A stretch of 48,368 nt of DNA. Source: Octopus bimaculoides (taxonomy: Eukaryota). Location of the stretch: NCBI RefSeq assembly GCF_001194135.2, contig NC_068994.1:18302749-18351116 (forward strand). The letters run 5' to 3'. Positions 39,023 to 48,368 of the stretch are shown here, piece after piece. The translations under genes and the position numbers were made by a program. Position 1 is the first letter of the stretch. Each line of letters starts with the position of its first letter. The notes beneath the pieces are model-generated. The model was not told where the DNA came from, did no database searches, and saw only the letters and a program-made list of their open reading frames with translations.

Positions 39023-39257
39023 TATATGAACAGATGGAAGCTTCCTGATAACTGTAGACCCATGCTAACTGAACCTCCTTCCACTTGTTTCTGGACTGGT
39101 CTTAAGCTGAATGAACAGGATTATAAGAAACAGAATATCAAAAACATCAATAAGCTCTCAACCATATTTGCTAAAACAAAAAAATTTATGGCATTAGTAA
39201 AATATGTGTGGGAAAGATAGTTTTAAGTAAAGAGAGAGACATTAACCAAGTACTGAC

Positions 39258-39800
39258 CTTCTGTTGTGAGATAGAAACTGAGTTCATCGCCAATATCTGA
39301 AACACGACAGACATCTTTGTTCACCACCCAATATTCACGTCGGTCAAGAAACTGGTCGGCATCATCTGGAAATTCCTCGTGGCTTAAGTTGGCAGGGTCA
39401 CATGTAGTAAAGCCGAATGCAAGACCTCCTTCATAATATCGGTCAATTCCAAGAATCTGTATGACGATTATTTCATTGCTAATAGGTCTTGAAGTGAAGA
39501 CGTATCCATTGCAATACTCCTCTGGGAGACGTACAGCGACTGTCTTCTCTGAGTCCAGACACACATTATGACCACATATATCATGAAAGAAAACAGGAGT
39601 GAAGTCGACATTCTTGTGGAAACGTACTATAGGCACCATGGTGGTATTGGCATTGGTTGAAGAACTGTTGTGATGGTTGCTGGCCATAGTGAGGGCATTG
39701 TTGGTGCTGTTGTTGTGACTTAAATCCATAGACTGCAAAGCTGATGTCAAGTCAGCCAGGTTGGAAATATTTGCTGGGCTGGGAATTAATGAACTGGCAT
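39258..39800 (-). CDS. neur: neuralized (NEURL1-type E3 ubiquitin ligase) internal coding exon: inter-NHR linker plus N-terminal ~2/3 of NHR2
   Basis: Translation (D)ASSLIPSPANISNLADLTSALQ...FHDICGHNVCLDSEKTVAVRLPEEYCNGYVFTSRP...GGLAFGFTTCDPANLSHEEFPDDADQFLDRREYWVVNKDVC...GDELSFYLTTEG matches the neuralized NHR2 pattern (GYVFTxRP, LxFGxTxCDP, LDRPEYWVVxKD, GDExxF). Acceptor ttttcattttgtag at 39801-2, donor AG|GTCAGT at 39257. Length 543 nt, phase 1-1. NHR1, the end of NHR2 and the RING were not found in the window. Confidence 0.92.
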
Positions 39801-40253
39801 CTACAAAATGAAAACAAACATTCTTTTAATATCTATCATTTACCTTTCTTAGTAATTAAAAAAAAACAGTCACTATATATATATATATATATATATATCA
39901 TTATTACATTGTTAAAATAATATTTATAAAATCATTACATATTGATGGCTACATAAAAACTTACATGTGAACAAGAATTATTTTAGACCCAACAGCTTCT
40001 ATATCTTGATTACAGTTTGACATAGTACATTTAATTGGCACATTTAAATAATATCAATGTTTAAGTAATGACCTAATATAACGGACATTTAGACAATGAG
40101 CAAACAGTAAATATGTGCAAATATGTTCTATAAATTCCATCTCTAAGTGAAACAATAAAAATAAGGAGTGCCTTCTAAAGTTTGGCATGTGACAAATTAT
40201 TGTGTAAATTCCATCTTGTTCAACAGAAATGGGTTTCTTGAGAGAACATGTAT

Positions 40254-40553
40254 TTAACCCATTACCTACCAGTGATCTCATATGAGATCATTTAAAAACT
40301 ACAAATTTCGTAATTATCTGTCAATATTTACACATATCTAACCTTTTTGCTATATCTACTAGGTATATTTCTCTGATAATCAAATGAGGTTTGATAATTT
40401 TTCACCCAATATCTCGCTTATTTCTATTTAAAATGTTATTTTGAAATGTTATTTTGATCATTCCAGCGTGTTTCTAAGGCTGTTTTATGCTAGAAATCAA
40501 AGTTTCATTAAAAAAATTCCAGTTAATAGAATTATGGGGGGGTAATGGGTTAA
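40254..40553. mobile_element. piggyBac-type MITE
   Basis: TTAA-CCCATTACC ... GGTAATGGG-TTAA: perfect 9-bp TIR inside TTAA target duplications. Confidence 0.8.
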
Positions 40554-40623
40554 CCCGAATAAAAGTAACATTAAGCAAAATGACACTCAATGCTTTATAT
40601 ATATATATACACACACATATACA

Positions 40624-40855
40624 AAGGCGGTGAGCTGGCAGAAACGTTAGCACGCCGGGCGAAATGCTTAGCAGTATTTTGTCTGCCGCTATGTTCTGAG
40701 TTCAAATTCTGCCGAGGTCGACTTTGCCTTTCATCCTTTCAGGGTCGATTAAATAAGTACCAGTCACGCACCGGGGTCGAAATAATTGACTTAATCCGTT
40801 TGTCTGTCTTTGTTTGTCCCCTCTGTGTGTAGCCCCTTGTGGGTAGTAAAGAAAT
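40624..40855 (+). mobile_element. tRNA-derived SINE family B, near full length
   Basis: Head aaggcggtgagctggcagaaacgttagc...gagttcaaattc, central ctttgcctttcatcctttc...aagtaccag domain, tail ...gggtagtaaagaaa. Other copies at ~1070-1270 (+), ~1815-2020 (-), ~10523-10740 (-), ~11855-11995 (+), ~12200-12390 (+), ~16362-16525 (+), ~30515-30660 (-) and ~32628-32805 (-). Confidence 0.85.
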
Positions 40856-41157
40856 AACACATATACATGTATGTGTACCATTGTATTGATCAGACAGTCA
40901 GATATCTTCTTACATCGCTGGTCACAATGTGTTGTAGTAGCTTTCGAACACTGCCACCCTACTAGGAAGGCAGGCCAACTTTCACTCCGAACAGGACACT
41001 AGTTCATCATGGGGTTACCCATTTTACAGCTGAGTGGACTGGAGCAATGTGAAATAAAGTATTTTGTTTAAAGACAACAACACACTACTGCTCTGAATAT
41101 TGAAGCCATGATCCTGTGATCATGAGTGCAAAACTCTAGTCATAATGCCACGGGCCT

Positions 41158-41205
<48 letters not shown>

Positions 41206-42116
41206 TGCACACACACACATACACATGCACATACACACACGCACATATATAGTCAATTCAAATGAATGAATAATAAAATTAACAGACAAGAGCATGTGCA
41301 CAAGCAATGTATTAGCTTGACACTTGGAAAAAAGAGAGAGTTTGATGTTTCGTGCATAGCTCTTTGTCAGAAAAGAGAAAGGGAAAAACCTAAAGAAGGA
41401 AAAGAAATCGCCAACAGCATGTGTGTAGTATATATATATATATNNNNNNNNNNNNNNNNNNNNNNNNNNNNNNNNNNNNNNNNNNNNNNNNNNNNNNNNN
41501 NNNNNNNNNNNNNNNNNNNNNNNNNNNNNNNNNNNNNNNNNNNNNNNNNNNNNNNNNNNNNNNNNNNNNNNNNNNNNNNNNNNNNNNNNNNNNNNNNNNN
41601 NNNNNNNNNNNNNNNNNNNNNNNNNNNNNNNNNNNNNNNNNNNNNNNNNNNNNNNNNNNNNNNNNNNNNNNNNNNNNNNNNNNNNNNNNNNNNNNNNNNN
41701 NNNNNNNNNNNNNNNNNNNNNNNNNNNNNNNNNNNNNNNNNNNNNNNNNNNNNNNNNNNNNNNNNNNNNNNNNNNNNNNNNNNNNNNNNNNNNNNNNNNN
41801 NNNNNNNNNNNNNNNNNNNNNNNNNNNNNNNNNNNNNNNNNNNNNNNNNNNNNNNNNNNNNNNNNNNNNNNNNNNNNNNNNNNNNNNNNNNNNNNNNNNN
41901 NNNNNNNNNNNNNNNNNNNNNNNNNNNNNNNNNNNNNNNNNNNNNNNNNNNNNNNNNNNNNNNNNNNNNNNNNNNNNNNNNNNNNNNNNNNNNNNNNNNN
42001 NNNNNNNNNNNNNNNNNNNNNNNNNNNNNNNNNNNNNNNNNNNNNNNNNNNNNNNNNNNNNNNNNNNNNNNNNNNNNNNNNNNNNNNNNNNNNNNNNNNN
42101 NNNNNNNNNNNNNNNN

Positions 42117-43090
42117 ATAAGAGATAATAACTTTATTTATCAAAAAATGTTATGAGATTAAAAATAAACCGTTTCTATAATGTTATTCAATAAAGCCCCC
42201 TTCAGCTGCAACAACTGCTTCTATATGAGATCTAAATCATTTACATGCTCGAATCAAATGGTCCTGGTTCATTTTGGATATTACTCTGACTATGACAGTT
42301 TTCAAAGAATCTTTGGTGTTATGGGCATGTTGATTGACTTCTCTCTCAACAATGCTCCACATGTAATAGTTCAATGGATTGAGATCTGGGGAATTAGGAA
42401 GCCAAATGTTAGGGGTTGTGCAATCATAAAAATTTTCAGCCATCCATTCCTGTGTTACTAGAGCTATGTGTGATAGTGAAGGTTCTTACTAAAACACATG
42501 GCCTTCCATTGCATACACTGTCTATCCAGGGCTAAACAATTATTTCCAGGACCTCAATGTAGGTGGCAGAGTTAATGCTAAGGCCTTGTGGAAAGAAGTA
42601 AAGAGGCATCACATGTCCTTCATTGCTGACAATCCCTAAAACCATGACAGTTGCAGGAAATTTTGTATGCATAACACTTGGAACTTCCGAAGGGTCTGCA
42701 CATAACCATCTGTCATTTCTTCTGTTAACTTTTTGATCTTGTTCGAAGTTTTTCTCATTTGAGAAAAACCAACTCAAATCTTCTGCTGGACTTTTCAGCT
42801 TGTTTAAGAGCCTTTTAGATCTGTTGTAGTGATTTTATTTTGTTTTTTTCTGACAAATTGACCTTTCCTCATCATATAAGACATATCTGATGTTTTTATG
42901 GACCAAATTTCTGACTGTTCCTTCTGATGCATGGAGATCTTTTGCAATTGACCTCATGGACTTTCTGGGATTGTAATCAATGGTCTGTTGAACTTGCTGG
43001 ATAAATTCAGGTGTTCTGGTGATTTCAGAGCATTTAAAATGCTTTGATACTGGTGATACATTTCCATCTTCAGTCTCTAGCTCCTTACAA
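42117..43090 (-). pseudogene. Tc1/mariner superfamily transposase remnant, DD37D (maT)-like
   Basis: HTH region (RTPEFIQQVQQTIDYNPRKSMRSIAKDL), WFFSNEKNF (first D to N), KFPATVMVLGIVSNEG, TQEWMAENF, WLPNSPDLNPLNYYMW (third D to N). Stops and frameshifts present; both ends fall in gaps. Confidence 0.9.
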
Positions 43091-43100
43091 NNNNNNNNNN

Positions 43101-43496
43101 ACAAAATAGGACAAGAACACGAAACATCCAGGCAGTTAGGTGATACAAGAAAGGGACAACAAAACATCCAGATGGGCGATACAAAGAAAACAAGGACAGG
43201 TCATTCAGAGTTTTCTTTCCTCAGTTGAGATCCAGATTATCTTTGCAATTTCAGCTGGTTATACTCAAGGTTGCTCCAATCTGGCCAGCCCCAAGGAAAA
43301 ACTAAGCTAAGAGCATTAGATTCCTTGGAAGAAAGCAGTGAATGTATACAAAAACAAGGACGGTAAAAAACGAACAATGTTACACAAATGCAATAAAAAT
43401 AAAAATAATAACAGGACATAACAACAGATGTCTTTCAACTAAGGATGAATTAAATTAAGCTGGCATGTGTGGAAATAAAGCCTTACGGCAGGGATT
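43101..43496. repeat. Unclassified interspersed repeat between a gap and a (TA)n tract
   Basis: Internally repetitive (aaacatccag twice) and distinct from the flanking transposase; family not assignable from sequence. Confidence 0.35.
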
Positions 43497-44581
43497 ATAT
43501 ATATATATATATAAGATTATCTCTACAGATTTTCTTAAGAGTTCAGAGCCAGCACTAAAAGTTATGATGTTTCGTATATGAGTATGGCTATGTAAATAAT
43601 TGGAGTGAAGATATAAAAAAATCTTAAGAAGGTCTTGTAGATTTTTATAGTTCTAGATATCATGATCATTTGTAGAAGATGAATTAAGGATTTGCATTCT
43701 CTCCCAAAGATCTCAAGTTCAGCCATGCATGCATGTATGTATGTATGCATTTCTTCATGTAATGTTTCATAATAGAACTGTAAGTTTTACTTCATTATTT
43801 AAAATATAAATGGAAAAAAAATCTGGTTCCATTGAATTTTAATTCTATGATAGAAAATTTTATTGGATATTTAACTTGTGTTATTTGTATAATTGTGTGA
43901 TTATTACCTACTTCAAATAATCAAATAACTATTTGCCCAAATCCATGATAGCATGGAAAAACAGATGCTGAATGAACAAACATTTATCCATTTTTTTATG
44001 TCCATTTCCTTATTGCTTGTTCATCCATTTATAGTTTGTCCGTCTTGTTTTGTTATGTTTTGGTCCACATTCCCAGCAAGTTTCTTACTGGTTGCCACCA
44101 GAGTGGAAGCAATGTTACCAATAATGGCACAAAATTGTGTTTGACACTGACTGATAATTAATGAAGAATTGGTGACCTTCTGTTTTATTTTCCACTCGTC
44201 TCTGCATTTATTATGTTTTTCAACTTGCCCTTCTGTGTCTGTTTTCTGTACACATGAATTACAGAACTCATATTTCTGCTAATTTATAGGCAATTAAAAA
44301 AAAATTAATTTCATTTTCCAGCAGAAAGTTGAATGAACAAAATTTTCTATTTATACTTTTACTACTTAAATATTTTTCTATCTTTTCATTCAGTAACATA
44401 ACAGTCCATGTAACAGCTCCATGGTGGGCGTCACTATTAATTAATGGACTTATATGAATCATAAACATGTTGTCTATTTTGTATATTTTATTTTTCTACT
44501 ATGAAACTTTACGCTAGCATCTTGAAGAGATACTAAAATGTAAATTATATTATGATTTGGCATTACTAGCTTTTTGATTTG

Positions 44582-44615
<34 letters not shown>

Positions 44616-44715
44616 TACATACATATTGTTATATTTGAGGATGGTCATCTTTTGCCAATTACTATTTATTTGATCTTCACTTTAGCTTTTTATTATTATC
44701 ATTACTATTATTAGT

Positions 44716-45152
44716 AAGGTAGTGAGCTGGTAGAATTGTTAGCATGCTGGATAAATGCTTAGCAGTATTTTGCCTGTTGCTATGTTCTGAGTTCAAATTC
44801 TGCCAAGGTCAACTTTGCCTTTCTTCCTTCTGGGGTCAATAAATTAAGTACCAGTTACACACTGAGGTTGATGTAATCGACTACTCCCCTCCCGCTAAAT
44901 TTCAGACCTTGTGCCTATAGTAGAAAAGATTATTGTTAGTAAGATGGTGAGCTGGCAGAATCATTAGCACACCAGGCAAAATGCTTAGCGGCATTTTGTG
45001 TCTTTCCGTTCTGAGTTCAAATTCTGCAGAGGCTAACTTTGCCTTTCATCCCTTTTGGGATTGATAAAATAAATACCAGTTGAATACTGGAGTCGATCTT
45101 ATCGACTTACCCCTTCTCCTGAACTTGCTGGCTTTGTGCCAAAATTTGAAAC
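44716..45152 (+). mobile_element. Two tandem SINE family B copies (~44716-44930 and ~44938-45152)
   Basis: Two successive head-to-tail B units; a similar tandem pair lies on the minus strand at ~28770-29115. Confidence 0.8.
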
Positions 45153-46992
45153 CATTATTATTATTAGTTCATTTACCTGAGGAAGACAAAATGGAATAGG
45201 AAAGCCAAGAGGAAACATGTGGGAAAGAAAGTTGCTTAAGAGATCACAGAATGTGTGACAAAAGGACTCTGTCAAATAAACTCATAATGATGATGATGAT
45301 AATAATAATAATAATAATAAAGCTGAAGTGAAGACCAAATATATAGTGAGTGTTTAATTAGCAAAATATGACCACTCCCAAATATAACATCTGTTTCAAC
45401 ACATGATTTCACATCAAGAATCTTGCAAAACAGATACATGAATGTTAATGTTCTTTTATATATATATTCAATGATGAAATTGTGGCTAGGCACAACTACA
45501 ATGGGTGTGTTTTACTATAGCCTCAAGCTGATCAATACCCTGTGAGTGAATTTGGTAGATAGAAACTGTGTGGAAGTCCATCATTATATACATATGTGTG
45601 TGTGTGTATGTGTGTGTCTTTGTGTTTGTCCCCCAACTACCACTTGTAAGCTTGGTTTCTTTACATCCCTGTAACTAAGCAAACAAGACCAACAGAAAAA
45701 GTATCAGAGTTGGCAATTTCAGCTGAACTCTTGAAAATAAGCAATTTCATGAATGCATGCACACAAAACACACACATAAAGATAACAGTGACACAATGAG
45801 TAACTAGAGCAAACTGGTACTTGGTTGCAGCTGTTATAGTAAATGTTGTTAGGTAAGCAAATGGAAAGCAAAATTTTCTTCCTGGCCAGATTAGAATATC
45901 ATTCACACAAAGTAAGCATTCTCAGCAATATTCATTAAGCATTCTATATATATCTCTAATAGCCAAGTGAAGGGTTGTGAGCAGCATGTTTTCAGATATC
46001 ACCCATAAGTCTGGTAATGTGCTTATTCAAGTCTAATAATGAAGTACCCCTAAGTGTTTATTGAAGCAAAGTGTTTATTGAAGCAAAGCTAGAATTGTAA
46101 GAGCTCTTTCAGCCTCCAGAAACATTATACTTCTGAATAATGAAGCTTCTCTCATGTTAGCACTGATCACCTGACCAATGGATTGAGTCACATGACATGA
46201 TAAGTGTATAAATCATGTAAAGCTAACATATGAATACCATATCTTGTCCATATTCTTATACGATATGTTTTTTTTATACAATACATCTACACTAAGGCTT
46301 GTATTTGAATACATAAATATTCAAATACTCCTTTATGTAAACCTATGTATGGTATATCATAGCTCTGCTGATACTTTGTCAGGTTTGCCCTTATGAGAAA
46401 CTTTGCTATCCTCATTAACATGATTCATATTCAAGCTATCAATGGGGTCTATATTATAAGCACCTCTGGGACTTCATCATAATAGAAGCTTTACATGGAA
46501 TAGCATGGCCTGCAATTCAATGACAAAAACCAGGAAACAATCATGTGTCGAATAACTGTCACCAATTACATTACGGAACAGTTGCCAATCCCTCACATAA
46601 AAAATTAGGTGCTTACCCTCGAGTATATTTGGCTCTTACATCTACCCTACAATGTCATTCTAAAAATCAATCACATCATCAAAATTTTGATGCTATGAGA
46701 CAATGCATGATTAATTCAGAGCAATGTGAATAAATAAGCATTACATTCGAGAAAATAATCTAAATGCTTAACAGTTAAATCTATTTTATTTTTAACTGAA
46801 AATATTTTTGGAATTTGCTTTGACTGTGCTAGTTTTATATCTAAAAGATAATTAGTTAGTTAACTTAGCACAACAGAATAAGTGAAACTTTATAAATAAA
46901 TATCATATACACTAATGTCCAACATAGCAAGATGCTTCTCGTTGATTTGATGTTTATGTTAAGAAAACACCAAAGATTGAATACTGAATAAT

Positions 46993-47481
46993 TTAACTCT
47001 TTAACACAGTGGTTCTTTACAGGACTCCATATGACCTTTGGGGATTCACATAAGATTTTGTTGTCAAAATTTATGTACAATGAATTTGTTATAATTCTAC
47101 AATATACAAAATATTTTAAGAAATTTTCTTGTACAATTCCTAATATTTAATTATAAAAATTTAAATAGATTTTTTGAACACTGACTAGCTGTGAGAGTCC
47201 AGTGTAGTAAAATAAGAATCAAAGGAGTCCATGGTTAAAAATGGTTGAGAACCACTGCTTTAGTATTTAAACTGGTCATACCTGGCCCAAAATTTTCTAT
47301 CTGTTTTACATTCAAACTGACGAGACCTAGCCTTTCACACTTACTCTACAATGTCATTCTAAAAATGAACAATCACATCATTGAAATCTTCAAGCTACAA
47401 GATAATGCATGATTAATTCAAAACAAGTTGAATAAATCAAGCACCACACTTAATAGAGTAGTCTGAATGCTAAAGGGTTAA
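46993..47481. mobile_element. piggyBac-type MITE (TTAA-CCCTTTAGCA family), interrupted by a hAT MITE
   Basis: Starts ttaactcttt, resumes at 47258 with ctttagtatttaaactgg, ends gaatgctaaaggg-ttaa. Confidence 0.75.
47007..47257. mobile_element. hAT MITE nested in a piggyBac-type MITE
   Basis: TIR cagtggttct / gagaaccactg; TSD ctttaaca / ctttagta; inverted relative of the 8688-8897 copy. Confidence 0.8.
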
Positions 47482-47877
47482 ACTTGAGATTTTTAATGTG
47501 AAATGTTTGAAGAATGAATGTAAGACAGGAAATAGAAACAGGCATTCTGATGAGATGCAAACTATGTATTTATCGCTTTCTGGGTGAAAGACATGTTTAC
47601 AAAAAAAAAAAAAAAAAATTGACACAAAGTTTACTTTGTTTTGTTTAGCTACATTTTTGGTTATTAAGTGGCAATGGAATAGTATTATTTACATTTTTCA
47701 CCATGCATAAACATATGCTAACATATTTTGAGTAAACAGAACACCAATTTCTCTACATATTTATCAAGGTGTCAATCAGAAAGATGTTGCAGACAGCAGT
47801 TGCTTGCAAAAACCATAATGCCATGGAGAGTATGGTGCTTCAGAGAAAAGCAGAGTGCAACCTATTCCTGCATATAA

Positions 47878-47920
<43 letters not shown>

Positions 47921-48059
47921 AAGAGAGTTATGTATACATATACACCATATCTTGTATTTTCCCAACTCAGAAAGGAATAAGTAATTGAGTATTGTGCTAT
48001 GTTTTGTAGTATACAAAAGTTGATAAATGTATTTGTCACTCCACCAAAACCTAAATAAC

Positions 48060-48368
48060 TGTATCTCCCTCACCCTCCCTCCTACCACCCATCTCTCCCC
48101 TCCCCCACCTCCTGCTCCGACTCCTACTTCTTTGTACGTCTCTTCACCTCTCTTCACTCCTACTTCTCTTCATTCCTACTTCTCTTCACTCCTACTTCTC
48201 TTCCCACTTCTCTTCATTCCCACTTCTCTTCCTACTTCTCTTCACTCCAACTTCTCTTCCTACTTCTCTCCACTCCCACTTCTCTTCACCCCTACTCTTT
48301 CTCTCCTCTCTCTTACTCTCTCTCACTCTCTTCTCTCGTACTCCCCCCTCTCTCACTCTTACTCTCCT
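48060..48368. repeat. C/T-rich degenerate minisatellite (units ~tctcttcactcctact and tctcttcctact)
   Basis: Repeating 12- and 16-nt variants to the end of the window, preceded by C-runs at 48067-48106. Confidence 0.85.

Noticed and set aside
39223-39257. Read-through GQYLVNVSLFT* as the true end of the neur ORF
   Set aside because: It breaks the NHR2 consensus mid-domain exactly at a valid AG|GTCAGT donor; this is intron sequence.
43195-43230. Minus-strand ctgagga...gaatgac as a hammerhead variant
   Set aside because: GAAU instead of GAAA, and no register gives a valid A15.1-U16.1 pair with stem I.
46052-46086. 17-bp tandem duplication (aagtgtttattgaagca x2; similar 22-bp repeat near 4525-4572) as CRISPR-like or regulatory repeats
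   Set aside because: Only two copies each, in a eukaryotic intron; ordinary slippage duplications. No CRISPR, rRNA or intact tRNA gene was found in the window.

Overview
AT-rich, microsatellite-laden eukaryotic intronic DNA from a gapped scaffold with six N-runs. The SINE/MITE repertoire points to an octopus (coleoid cephalopod); this is recognition from repeat motifs, not a database result. The window lies inside a large minus-strand neuralized (neur/NEURL1-type) gene. Only one neur coding exon is visible (39258-39800, N-terminal part of the second NHR domain). About 20 kb downstream on the same strand is an ATG-initiated 197-codon Ser/Glu-rich exon (18258-18849) with a strong donor in the same phase, a candidate alternative first exon or nested gene. 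The rest is transposon debris: tRNA-derived SINEs, RTE LINE 3' fragments, an R4/Dong-like LINE 5' fragment beside a (TAA)n tract, a decayed Helitron helicase, a decayed DD37D/maT-type transposase, and hAT- and piggyBac-type MITEs. The most notable signal lies outside the ORF track: several minimal type I hammerhead-ribozyme motifs of the Penelope/retrozyme type. One is near-canonical and sense to the neur pre-mRNA (24079-24121). One is a decayed homolog with a compensated stem I (14073-14121). Two form a mirror-image pair in a 166-bp near-perfect inverted repeat (36023-36432). Most ORFs in the supplied track are artefacts of microsatellites, SINEs or gaps.
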